A stretch of 64,000 nt of DNA from Geosiphon pyriformis uo1 (Eukaryota > Fungi > Glomeromycota). Positions 10,790-24,155 of the stretch are shown one piece after another. The notes under the pieces are model-generated. The model had not been told where the DNA came from. It made no database searches and worked only from the letters and a program-made list of their open reading frames with translations. The DNA lies in the NCBI GenBank assembly GCA_016748015.1, contig JAAOMT010000175.1, forward strand, positions 346,212-410,211. Direction: 5' to 3'. The first letter of the stretch is position 1, and the number at the start of each line of letters is the position of its first letter. A program made the translations under genes and the position numbers.

Positions 10790-12831
10790 TAAATAATAAA
10801 TTTAATAAAATCAAAAATTTTATAAGTTTTTAATGTAAAGTTTAATAAATATAATAAATAAAAAGCAGTTCTCAGTTGCTTTAGAAGCAGTTTTTTCTCT
10901 TTGGCTAAAAGTTTGTTTTCAATCAAAGTTCTATTCAAACAGCACACCAAAAATAGTTTTAGTATTGCTATTATAATTACCAAAAGTTTTAAAACTTTTA
11001 ATATTAAACCAGTAGTTAATTTACTGCTTTTTTTTATTATTTCTAATACCAACTTTCAAATAATCAAAATAGAACCAAAATAAAACCAAAGTAGTAACTA
11101 CTTTTATAAATATTAATAGCAAACTTTTTTTAAATCACTAGTTTTATGTTTTTAAAAACTTTAAACGTTTTAAAACTATCTTTTTTTTATATATATTTTT
11201 AAATAATAATATTTTTAATTTTTTTATTATTTTTTTAAATATTCTAGTAAACTTTTTTAAAATACAATTTACTTTTTGGAATTTTAATAAAAATTTTAAA
11301 AATTAAAATTTAATAATATAATTTAAAAATAATAATATAATTAATTTTAGTTTAAATTGATTTTTGGCTGTATTATTTAATATATTAATTTTTAATCATA
11401 TTTTTACATGTGTTTTTAATCAATTAACTTATTAAATTACTTAATATTAAAGATTAAATTAATTAAATAGAAATTAAAAATATTTTTTCTTTATTGTTTT
11501 TTAATAATACTGTTTTTAATAGTGTTTAAAAAATAATTACTAATCATTAAAAATTTGTTAAATTAATATATAATCTTTATTTTAATGTTTAATATCTTTT
11601 TAAGATTAAATTAACTTTTATTAAAACTGTATTTTAATTTGTATATAGTTTTATTGGTGTTAATCTATGTTTAAAGATAATTTAAACATGAAATTTGCCT
11701 TTTAAGTTTTTTTAAATATTATTTTTCAAGTTAAATTTACTGGTTTTATTCTTTTTTTTACTTTTAAAATTATTAAATCTTTAATAATTTCTGAGTTTAT
11801 TTTTTTTGATATTGTTTTATATAATATATTTAAAATTATATTTATTGTTAATATTAAAATAACTCTTAATACTTTGATAAAATTTTTTAAATTACATTAA
11901 AATTAGTTAATATTTAGTAATATATTTTTGTTTATTTTAAATTTTTTAATATAGTTATAATTATTTTTAATTGTTAATTAGTTTTAATAAACAAAAATAG
12001 TATTAAAATATTTTTTTTATTAATAAAAAAAATTATTATTTTTATAATATGTTTTAAATTAATTTAATTAATTTCTTTTTGGTGTTTTTAAAATTAATAA
12101 TTTGGTTAATAATTATATCTATTTTATTTTTTATTTTTTTACTATTGATTCTAAAAAAAATTTAAATATTGTTATTATTAAAACTAATACTTTAAAAAAT
12201 ATTAAATTTGATAAAAAAATTTTGACTATAATATTATTTTAAATATTAAAATTCAGATTATTTAATAATTAATTACAAGATATTTTTACTATTTTTTTGG
12301 AAATTTTTGTTTAAGTTTATAATTAATTTTAAAATTTTTAAATCATATTTTATTAATATTAAATTTTATATTAAAACTTCTGTTTTATTTATATTTTTTG
12401 TTATTGTTTTCTTATTATTACTTTTGTAAATTTTTTAATTAAGCTGGTTTTTTTGGAATTTGAATTAGTTATATTGGTTTTATTAATAAATTAATTATTA
12501 AGCTTATCAGTATTTTAATTATTTTAATTATTTATTACTTTTTTTGTTTTGTATATTAAGTTAAAAAAAAGTATTTTGTTATTTTTAAAAATAAGTTAAA
12601 CAAATTACATAGAAAATTTATAAATTTAAAATTAATTATAATATTAATAATAAAAATAAAAATATGTATATATCTAATAATAAAATTGATAAAAATATTT
12701 TTTTTAATTAATAACTTTTTAAAAACTGTAAGCTTTTAATATTAAGTTAAATATATTATAAAATAAATAAATAAATTAGTTTTAATATATTAATAAAAAT
12801 ATTATTATTTATAAAATATTTAAATTATTAA

Positions 12832-12864
<33 letters not shown>

Positions 12865-15800
12865 TTATAAATATGGTTTATGTTTTTTTAAACATAAAAA
12901 TTTGTTAAATATATTTTTAATTTAAATTTTTATAAATAAAAATCAAAATTTTAGTTTTATTAAAAGTTTATTTTTAATAAACAAAAAAATACAATTAAAA
13001 TTAATAAACTTTATTATAAATTTTATTAAATAAAATATTAAGTCAATAAACTAATTAATAAATATTTTAAAAATAACAAAAAACTTAATATATTAAAAAA
13101 AATAGTTTTATAACCAAAACAAAATAATTAAAATTTTAATATGTTAATATTCAAAAGTTTTTTTTACCAAATATTACTTTTTTTAAAATGATAAAATATT
13201 TTTAATAATAATTAAATTAAAAAAATTAAAAATAAAATAAACTAAAAAAAAAAGCTTAAAAAACTTTTTTTTTCTTAATTTTATAACTATAACTAAAATA
13301 AAGAATAAAAATGTTTCAAATATTACTTTTTATAATTAATTAATAAAATTTTAATAAAAAAAAAATTTTTGTTATTAAAACAGTTAAATAAATCATCTTA
13401 ATAATATTTTTATAATAAAAAACCGTTTTTAATAACTTTAAACCATTTTTTTATCTTTAAATGGTTTTTTTAGTTAAAATTCTTTTAAAAAACACATTAA
13501 AATTAGTTTTAATATTTTTTTTATTTTTTTTAAAAACTCTAAAGTTTAATAAGTTAATTTTTTTTGTTTTTAATAATAATATTATTATTATTTAGCAAAT
13601 AGCCAAAAAGACCAAAGATTTCAAAAAACAACAATAATTATTTATGTTTATTATTATCACATTAAATTTTTAAATAAAATCTTAGATAAAATTTTTATAA
13701 TAATAATTAGCTCTCTTTTTAATATAAATAACAACAACAATATTATATTTTTTAAGACAAATTAAGATTAATTATTAATTATATTATTAAATATAATGTT
13801 TTCTAACAGATTATTATTAATTCTAAAAACAAATCAATTTATTAAATTACTTAATCTTAAAGATTAGATTGATTAAATAAAAATTGAATTAATTTTTATT
13901 TTATATTTTAATATTATTTTTAATAGTATTTAAAAAATAATTTCCAGTTATCAAAAGTTTTTTAGACAAATAATCTCTACTTTAACGTTTAATATTAGTT
14001 TTAAAATTAAATTAATCTTGGTTAATTTTTTGTTTTATTTGTTATTTGGTTTTATTAAATTTAAATTAGTTTTAAAAGACAATATAATATTGTTTTGTGT
14101 AAATTTTGCTTTTAATATTTTTTGGTTATTATTATTAAAATTTCTATTGGTAATTTTTTTTAATTATACTTAAAATTGAAGTTTTTTGTAATAATTTTAT
14201 TTATTTATTTATTTATTATTATATTTTGTAATTTTTCTCTAAATATATATTTTAATAAAATTAAAAAATGCTTTTAGTGTTTTTAATATTATTATTTTTA
14301 TTAAGTTAAAATCTGTTGGCTTGTAACAATATATTATTGTTTAATTTAAAAACTTTTTTTTGTTATTGTTGTTTTTACTTATTAGTTTATATTAATTAAA
14401 AAAATAGTAATAAAATTTTTTTTGGTTAATTAGAAAAAAATTATTATCTTAAAAACATTTTTAAGACCAAATTAATTAATTTTTTCTTTGGTTATACTTT
14501 TTTTAAAATTAGTAATTTAATTTTCAAGTTAATAATTATATCTGTATTATTTTTTGTTTTTTTAATTCTTATTATTATTAATGTTTTATTATTATAATAT
14601 TTAATTTTTAGAAATTTTAAATTTTAGTGTTCTAAAAACTAGTATTTTATATAAGTATTATATTTAATAAAAATTTTTTAAATATTATCATTATTATAAA
14701 TATTAAAATTTAGATTATTTATTTGTGAATTATAAAATATTTTTATTTTTTTCTCTTAAGTTTACTAACAACTTTAAAAAATTTGATTTGATTTTTATTA
14801 ATTTAAAATTATATATTAAAACTATTATCTTTTTAATTTTTTTGCTGTTGTGTTTTTGTTTTATTTGTTGTTATATTTGTTGTTAATTTTATAATTAGTT
14901 TTAAATTAACTTCTCTAAAATTTCAGATTTTAAATTTGGCTGTTTTGATTAAATTTGTTGTTAAACTAATTGGTTTTTTAATTATTTTAATTATTTTTCT
15001 TTTAACTAAGAATATATACAAAAATTTCAAGATAAAAAAAGCTATTAAGAACTTTGCTAATTTTTTAATTAATATATTTAAAAACTTTATTAGTTTTAAA
15101 GCTAAAATAAAATTTAATAATATAAATAAAAATAAAAATAATAATATTAAAACATTTTTTTTAAGTAATAAAACTATTAATTATTTGGTTATTTTATGAC
15201 AAATATCTAATTTTAATATTAAGAATAATATTGAAAAACCTATATTATTTTTAAGTAAATTTATAAAAAAACTTAATAAGTTGAGTTTATTTTTAATCTT
15301 TTTTAATTTAATTTAATTAATGTTTTAATTAATTTAGATAGTTGGTTATATATAAAAAGCATATAATTTATATTTAATATTATAAAAAATAATAGTAATA
15401 TAAACTATTTTATTTTTAATTTTAATAGTTATATTTAATATTAAAATATTTAAAAAACTTTTAATAATTAGTAACTATTTTTTAATTATTATTAAAATTA
15501 ATAATGTTTTCAAAAAAAACAGCTTTAGTTTTTATTTTATTAAAGTTATATATTTGTTTTATTGTCTAAATTAACAATTATTAATTAAATCTATTTATAT
15601 TAAATTAAGATTAAGTATTATAATTAATATTAATAATACAAAATTCGTAAAAATACCAAATAAAATCAATGTTTTATTTTTCAAAAAAAGAAATTGTTTT
15701 TTTGTTAACTTGGCTTTTCTAATTTTTTGTGTAACAGAAAAAAAAAATAGGTTTGTTAATAGCTTATTGTTAAAAACTTTATAATATTATATAATAAATT

Positions 15801-16050
15801 ATTTAGAAAAGACTTTTGAGTTGCATTATTAAAAACTATAGAAAAAGTAATAGTTGCTTATTTTTTTAGTTTTTGCTTTAGTTGTAATTATAAAAATCTA
15901 AAATATTAATAATAACAGCTGCAATTTTTTTTAAAATATGTAAAATTTTTTAAAATAGAATAATTTTATTGTCAATTTATTTTATTTTAATGTTTACTTA
16001 TTTAAAACCAAAAAAAACAAATATATAAAATAAATTATATATAATTCATA
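10790..16050. mobile_element. Ultra-AT-rich island of heavily eroded repeat relics
   Basis: Almost no C or G. Two mutually homologous eroded segments (~11430-12600 and ~13840-15050) and an (ATT)n tract at 12832-12864. Same texture as the decodable relics at 30-41 kb. Confidence 0.6.
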
Positions 16051-16470
16051 TTTTTAATATTGATTAATCTAACCGGGTAACAACAAAAAATATCTTTTTG
16101 TTTACAAATATAACTTTTTAATTTAATTAAGAATTAAGAATGCCAATATTTACTAATATTTTCAAAATAAATTGGACATTTATTAACATTAAACTTATCT
16201 ACAATGATAACAAGTTGCTGAATAATGTTTATCATTTTTTTCATATTTTCATATTTTTTAAAAAAAAAGGAGCTAAAGAAAACAATTCGCGCGCAGAAAT
16301 ATACCTTTGTCTCTGATCAGATGACATTTTCTATACTAATATACATAATGCTATAATTGCACCCTGATTATTTCTCACGACTTCAATTCTCTCTGCGCCT
16401 CATTGGTTCTTTAACCGTTTCAAACCTAAACATAGGCCAAACTAAATAACCCTTTGAAATCTCCCTTATA

Positions 16471-17988
16471 ATGACCATATGTAGATATTATCTTGAGGGC
16501 CGTTGCGAGTTCGGCAATCGATGTAAAAACGAACATCGACAGCCAAACAATAATCAGTACGATCGAGGCGGTGCTTCTACAAACTTATACCAACGACTGG
16601 GATATAGTAAAAAACTTCTTTTTAAACTCTGCTTAAAATTACAACTTTAGCTTAGGGCTGAGTCTATAGCCTTTATCTCTACTTACTATTTTCCGCATAA
16701 TATGCATTTAAATAAAAGCTGGCAGTGGAAGAAATCAACAAGCGCCATATGAGTATGTCTTTTCAGCCCTTTAATCTTTACATATTTCAATTCTTTGCAT
16801 TAACGATTAAAATAATCATTCTTTAGTGATAAAACTCTAAGAAGTGACCTTACCAAGGAAGTGCCAATTTATCCATTCTCAGTCTTCGCTCCAGCAAAAG
16901 AGGAGCCCAATTTGATTGAAGGTACAGATTTCTCGCCGGAAGAATTACGGGTAGAATTCTATAAACTTAGGAATGGCGGTGAAATCCAATATGTATAGAT
17001 CTTGATTTATATTTTCTAGTTTTGGAACTTTATTTGAAGACTAATCGTATGAATTTTACTTGAACGTATTTCGAAAAATGACATTAAATCAACCAATCAA
17101 TAAAAATAGCAAAATGAAGTATCTCGAATGAAAAACACTGTGGACTCAAAAATAAATAACATTCTAAAAGATGTGCGGGGAGCTTTGCGAAATTTCGATA
17201 ATAAGAAAAGGCAGCTCGAGCAAGGAACTGGTTTTGGATTTGGGTTTGGAGGATCTCAAATTAACACCCAATCAACCTCTGTCTTTGGGCAACCAGTGGG
17301 TAGTAATCCAATCGGATTCGGGGTCAATTCGAGCGCAATCGCATCTCCTGCTTTTGGGGCACCTGCAATGGGCCTTGGAACATTTGGAGGAAATCCTCCG
17401 TTTAGTGCAAATACCTTAAATAATGGATTTGGGGGAGGTAGCCTTAACTTGGGAAGAATCCAGCCAAACCCTATACAACCTTTTGGAGCCCCTTCAAATT
17501 TAGGAAATAATGCATTTGGTGTGGGTGCTGCTGATCCATTTTCTATGGGTCCCAACGCAGGTAGTGAAGGCTTTGGACAATTTGCTGCAAATGGGTTTCC
17601 TCTAAATCAACAACAAATAACTCCAAATCCCCAGCAATTATACCAACAACAACAACAACAACAACAACAGCAGCAGCAGCTACTACAAGAACAACAATTA
17701 TTTCAACAACAATTGTTGCAACAACAACAACAACAACAACAGCAACAACAACAACAACAACAACAGCAACAACAACAGCAGCAGCAGCAGCAGCAACAAC
17801 AAACTGCTACACAACAGCCAAGCTTGTTTGGGCTTCCACAAGAAACAGGAACTCCTAATAATAATAATAATAATAACCCACAGAACATTGCACAATGGCA
17901 GATAGATGCTTTTGCTGCACAAAAAGAATTCGATATGTATATGGTTCCGGATGTGCCACCGCCGACGTCCACATCCTTTCCTCAATAA
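16471..17988 (+). CDS. NUP42: Nucleoporin Nup42/Amo1/NUPL2-like: CCCH zinc finger, FG repeats, polyQ; spliced
   Basis: N-terminus MTICRYYLEGRCEFGNRCKNEH (C-x7-C-x5-C-x3-H); DFSPEELR motif; many FG dipeptides; C-terminal AF...EF...VPDVPPP resembling the Gle1-binding tail; three GT-AG introns. Confidence 0.8.
17643..17801 (+). repeat. CAA/CAG microsatellite encoding polyglutamine
   Basis: Direct inspection; lies in frame within ORF 17128-17988. Confidence 0.95.
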
Positions 17989-20422
17989 AGATGTTGGTTA
18001 TCCAAAATGAGAGAATCAAATAACGGTTGCGAAGTATGCTTATTACAGGGGTAACTATTCTTGAGCATGCAATGTCTACTTCAATATTTTAATTCCTTAC
18101 CACGAAATTGATCGATTTTTTAAATTCAGACTTATTCGAAAAGTTCTATTAGGAAACGAAAAGAGCTTTCTGGTTTCCTAGAGAATGAATATATTTGAAT
18201 ATATCACTGCCTTTGCTTGATTTTCACAAGCACTTTTAAGTAATGCAACGCGCAATATCAATTTGGATTCACAGTCTTACCTCCGCTGATCCGCTGGATA
18301 GACTTATTCCCGCATTTGTTCTAGTAATCAATGAAAAAATGATCGTATAAAATATGGGATTCAAAAATCACATATCGAGTTATTTACACATGTCCCTTTG
18401 GAGCTTCCACATTTTGATTATACGCTTAATATGCTTATATGTCGTTTTTTTTTTAAATTTTCAATAACGATCTAAAAATGCTATACGAGGTTAGATCGTA
18501 GATATTATTAGTTGAATACGTTTTATTAGTTTTGACATCTAGATCCCACAATTACTCTAATGAATTGACCAATAATAGAAATGCATAAAAAACACCAAGT
18601 CATCCAGATTCAATCACACCGTCACAGGTTTTAATTGAACCTCTTATTCATATTTCGTCTTTTCAAACGAAAATGAATAACGGAGTGATGGGAGAAAAAC
18701 TCAAAATACGCTAGTTGTAAAAGACAACAATATGAGACATAACCTCCAATGATCATTGTTGTAAGAGTACTTGCGACATTTTTAAAAATCCAATCGCGTA
18801 CGACAACGGCTCTTGTTGAATCTATATATAGAAGTCTGTTTCTAATTTTAGTAACGATCCTGAAATTCAAGGTCTATTTTCTCACTTTAAACTATTAAAC
18901 TTCCCTTTCCTCAAATCGTCAATCAATCCCACTAAGAAAGGGAGGATCAATCATTCCTTTCGACCCAACTACTATGTTCTGTTAACAGAACTACACGATA
19001 CTGAGATTAACGAAGAGTTAATTTTCAATCACAAAACTGATTTCCATCATTTCTTGAAATAAAATTTTGAAACCATTCAATGTTAAGTTCTACGAATGCC
19101 ACTCAAAGATGTTTTTACGGGATTTTCGAGCTTAGATGATTTATATAATGAAAAAGATCCTGACGCTCTCCCTTAATTGATCGACTTTGATCCGGTAAAA
19201 TTCATGAAGCTTACACTCGACGCTGTTCAAATTCAAGACAATGCCTTGAGGTAATTTCTATCATTCTTTGTTTTGACAAGACTGAGTAGCTTTAACAACT
19301 AATCAATGTTTACAAGATTTTGCACATTTATTTTCTTGTGGATTCAGACTCTGGATTTTGACAAAGCTCCCAATTTTGGCCGAAATACGATTGGTGATAG
19401 TAACATTGAAATGTTGAGATCGCACCCTTGTACGACAGTTAAGTTATATTATTTACGCATTCTGTTGACTCTTTAAAACTTGGAATCACATTTTAAGCTC
19501 AATCAAATGAGTCAATCTATCGGGTCCTAAGAACTATGTGAATGATTAATTTGTTTTCCAAGAATCTATTATTTGCGTGAAATATAAAAATAATTTCCTG
19601 CTATCTTGATAGTGATAAAAGGAAAAAAAATATCCATATCGCGACCGGTCAACAATAATGAGATTGATTGTCTCGCCACCCAAGGTAACACGCACAGAAG
19701 AAAATATATTTGACAATCACAACTCTTGTATTCCTTCTAGATCTTATTTCCCTAAAGTCAGCTTCCACCTGTATGAGTTGGTGGGAAAGGAGTCCTGACT
19801 GAACGTGACTTTCTAATTGACCTCTTCGCTTGGTCAAATCCTTTGTCATCGACTAGATTGGCAAGCCTTTTCTCACATTGCGAATGCTGAAATGAGATTT
19901 CTTTTGTCTCAAGTCTGAAGAAAGGTTATGGGGACCAATTGTATGACCAAAGCTGAGGATCGTAAAACACAAATAAGGCTTTTCTCCTGCAAACTGTGAG
20001 TCTTTTGATCCGGTAGATGAGTAGGTGATATGAAATGAAAAAACCTCTATGTTTGCGTTCCATTTTAAGTTTCATTTGAAAAAGTTTGTAAAATGATGAA
20101 TGAGATGAATTGATGTGGTTTGAGATCATTTATTGTTTCATCAAGATCCTTTGATTTGCTGCTTACGGTGGATCAGAATCATGTAAAAGTTACGAGCTGA
20201 GATTGCCATTATAAACCATAAGCATTCAGCGATACATAGATCTTGCTCATATTATAGGATTATGCTACTTATGTAATTAAAGATATAATCATCATTCACA
20301 CATACAGTATAAGGTTGAGTTTTTGCAATTCAATGTTTTTTTTGGGAGGGAAGGATTGAATTACTAAAGTCGGACGATAACTACAGCATTAACTTGTTCT
20401 ACATTGCCTTGATCAGAAAGTA

Positions 20423-22030
20423 CTAAAAACTGAATTCCCCATTACCCTTATTAAAAAGATAGTCTTTCCCGTTGGCAGACATGATCCCATCCTTCAGTAC
20501 ACATTTCCATTTATTCTTTGTGCGCGTAACCTAAAATATCAGAGAGGCAACATAATGTATATTAGTTATTGTTTAATGTTTATGATATACAATCAAGGAA
20601 GGACATCATAAACCTACTTTATCATACAAACACAAGACAATGTTCTGTGTGTCTTCACCCTCGGCATTTGCATCCTCCTCATCAGAATCATCAAGATCAG
20701 AATTGATTATATCATCATCTAAAAAATCACGTGACATAATCTTCCGCTTCTTTGCCGCTGGCTCTATTTTTTGATCCGATAACGGCGCAGGGGTAGAAAT
20801 TGAATATGTTGCTCGGGTACCAGGAATCTCTGGCGTTTGTGCAACAGGTACATGTACAGATCCCATGTGATTGTAATTTACAGGTGTAGCACTACGCGGT
20901 AGGAGCTGTCCTTGTTGTTCTATCTTCCTCGGACTCTCGGCTGGGTTATGAAGGTCAAATATCTTAAAAGGCTAAAATTTCGATTGAATTAGGGATTTAA
21001 ATTTAGATGAAATAATACTCAGAGCTAGGTTCTACCTCAATTGGTTCTTGAAGATATATCTTTTTATCTTCTGATTTAAGAGTTTGTTGTGAAGCGGTTA
21101 TCTGCCCTGGTACGTTCGCAGCACAACAACCAAAGTCTTTAAAGAGCAGGCTTGACCGAGTATTTTCGATGGCAGTATATAGCAGTCTGAACAATACCTG
21201 TTAATCTAGCATTAGGAGTTCCAATTGTGAGGTTGTTCGTACTTGTTAATGAAGCCGAAGTCATATATGCCCGATTAGGTTCAGATTTAATAACATTGTT
21301 ATTTTCCGGTTTCGGAATCTGTGTTTTGGGTCAATTTCGATAACCGTCTTTTAAATGGGCACACGAAGAAATGAAGAAAAAATCTTTGGAATTTCAACCT
21401 ACCAGCTGAGGTTGAGGCTTTCCCATTCCATTATTACCATTATCAGTGTGTAACATGTCACCAACTGCCAAGGCTGATAGGTGTGCTGCTGGAACCCCTT
21501 GATTATACTTTTATTTAACCATCAGTTTATTCACATATTTATATCAAAAAGTATTAAACCTCAGATTTAATATGAATATATAGAGAAATAAATAAAATTC
21601 ATGCTACCTTGGTCGACTTATTTGTTCCATTAAAGGTAGAGTTAAGATCCGTTGAATCATGGGAATACCTCTCTTGATAAAAGTTATCTCCTAGATCCCA
21701 CGTTGCCGCGTTTGTACTAACCACTTTATGCTCCCAAGACTGAGACGAAAAACCCATATTACAGGGGAAAACTTAATATTATCAACGGTTGTAGGTGTAG
21801 TAATTGTTAAACAACTTACTCGCTTGAGTTCACTCAAAATGGATTCATCAACTCCCATTTCTTCAAAGTCTTTCTTGACATTTTGGATAACGTCATCAAT
21901 GACCCCTCGGTATACATTTGACTTGTGGGTTTTATAAATTTGTTTTATGGAATCAAAAAAAAAGGAAAATATGTTTGTTGTTAAATTTTCAAGAAAAATA
22001 AAAACCTCATACCACAACGGTATTTGACAT
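20423..22030 (-). CDS. TOA1: Transcription initiation factor IIA large (alpha/beta) subunit; multi-exon
   Basis: N-terminus MSNTVV|SNVYRGVIDDVIQNVKKDFEEMGVDESILSELKR; acidic INSDLDDSDEED; C-terminus NIVLCLYDK|VTRTKNKWKCVLKDGIMSANGKDYLFNKGNGEFSF*. Confidence 0.93.
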
Positions 22031-22325
22031 TTTTTTTTCCAGCCACGTTCAGGTTCAAGAGGGGTTTATATATGGCGGCTAGAAACCTAATAAGAGACAA
22101 AGGGGTATTTATACCATTTAACGGGTTGAAGCGATGGTAACTTAATTGTGTTACATATAACAACATCATATGTGTAAAGCACGTGATTTATGTGGAGTTA
22201 AAGAAAAGTCGCGAATCTTTTATTGGGCATTTCTGATCTAGGCTTAAACATCGTGGCTTGATATTGACAATTTGTGGCTTACAACATATCGTCAAGGATT
22301 ACGAAGTTCTAGCACTTAACATAAA
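22031..22325. promoter_or_regulatory. Probable bidirectional promoter between TOA1 and SPOUT1
   Basis: 295 bp between divergent ATGs; TATA-like tttatatat near 22066; CACGTG at 22180-22185. Confidence 0.5.
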
Positions 22326-24155
22326 ATGTCTGAAGAAAAAACAGGAAAAAAGGTACTTTAGATTAAACTCCTGATAATTTATTTTTCTTTTAACTGACTT
22401 TCCTTTCTCTGTAGCGTAAAAAATCCCACCCTAAAAAATTTAAAGTTGCTGCGCAGGATTCTGTGTCAATCCCGAATTTAAACAACGGCAATAACCTGGA
22501 AGCAATCAAAACAGTTACTTCGTCCTCTTCTCTACAAGTGAAAGACGGTCACTCTACAAATCCATACCTTTTTGGCCGCAAATACACGGTGAGCGTTGCC
22601 TTGCCCGGGTCAATCATTGATAATGCTCAGTCAAATGAATTAAAGACTTATCTTGCAGGTCAGGTTAGTTAGCATGCTATTTTTTATTTAATGTAGCGAA
22701 ATGTAGATTTCACTACTATATAAGATTATTTTTGTGTTTTTCAGCTCGCACGTTCCTTTGCAATCTTCAATGTAGACGAAGTGGTAATTTTCAATGAAGC
22801 ACGATGGAAAGACAATGCAGTCGCTTCTGGTGGAGCTAACAAGGAAGGAAAAAGAGGGGAAGACAAACATATATCTTCAGATCCTAATGTTTTCCTTGCT
22901 AGGATATTACAATATTTGGAAACCCCACAGTAAGCCTATTTTTTGAAAGTTGTAACCTGCTAATAAAACTCAATTTTTAACAATTAAAAAACTAGATATT
23001 TACGGAAAGCTTTATTTCCCATGCATAAGGATTTACAATATGCTGGTAAATTTTTCTTTGGCTTTTATCCCTAAAAGCTTTCAAAGTCTACTATTATTGA
23101 TTTACTTCAATTTAATCGGTTTTAAGGCTTGTTGAATCCATTGGATTGTTCCCATCATTTCCGTCAAGAAGAGAAAACACCCTATCGTGAGGGGGTTGTA
23201 ATAAGCAAAGTCCCCAAAGGCGGGAAAGGTTCTTTAGTTGATGCGGGCTTAAATAAGGTATTTTCTAACGTATAATTAAATCCACTTTTGGTTTAAAGAA
23301 ACTACATCTTTAAGCAATAAAAAAAAGAACTAATAATTTAAACCCTTGAGGTAGAATGTGATAATCGATAGATCACTCAAACCCGGTATACGGGTGACGT
23401 TGCAAATTGATAATTTTGATACAATTAATGAGGGAAAATGTATGTTTGATATCTGTTTTTATTATAATTGGGTTTTTATAGTTTGATGCTATTATTGAAA
23501 ACCTTGTCTAGTGTCAAATTACATCCAAGCTAAAGTTATCTCACCCAAAACTCCCCGAGAACAATGTGGTTTGTACTGGGGTTACCAAATTCGACTAGCA
23601 AATTCAATATCAAAAGTGTTTACAGAATGCCCATATACAGTAATTATTTTATGGCATTATTATTCTTTTAAAGTTTAGGTGTTTCTCTTTACGTATATTT
23701 ATGTTCTTTTGTTTTATTTATTTTATTTCAGGATGGTTATGATGTATCAATTGGAACTTCGGAGCGAGGCCAACCAATTGATCTAGTGATAGAAGAGATA
23801 CCAGAATTCAGGTACGTTCATTGCTTTTGCCAATATTATTTGGAATGTTAAACTGGAATTCTGACTTTGATAAGCTAGGCACTTATTGATAGTATTTGGA
23901 GGGTTGGGTGGTCTCGAGCTAGCTATCGATGCAGATGAAGATTTGAAATGCGGTGGCGACGAGGCTGATGCCCTTTTTGATTTGTGGGTAAATACTTGTC
24001 CTCATCAAGGAAGTAGGACAATACGTACTGAGGTAAGTTGGTTATGTTCGTGTTCTTAATTCTACAGTGCTAATGATATTCTCTTCTAGGAAGCTATATT
24101 GATAAGTATGTCCTCGTTACAATCAGCTATTAAGAAAAAGGGTAAAAATGACTGA
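22326..24155 (+). CDS. SPOUT1: SPOUT-family RNA methyltransferase (C9orf114/CENP-32-like); multi-exon
   Basis: YTVSVALPGSIIDNAQSNELKTYLAGQ|LARSFAIFNVDEVVIF, LARILQYLETPQYLRKALFP, GLLNPLD, YWGYQIR, GTSERG, NTCPHQGSRTIRTE|EAIL. Confidence 0.9.

Noticed and set aside
10153-10790. Perfect 309-bp tandem duplication
   Set aside because: It flanks a 20-N scaffold gap exactly, so it is most likely unmerged overlapping contig ends.
10789-15199. K/I/N/F/L-rich ORFs (10789-11052, 10901-11083, 14936-15199)
   Set aside because: Chance ORFs in hyper-AT relic DNA; no motifs.
17698-17985. Poly-Leu and poly-Cys ORFs on the minus strand
   Set aside because: Antisense readings of the CAA/CAG polyQ tract.
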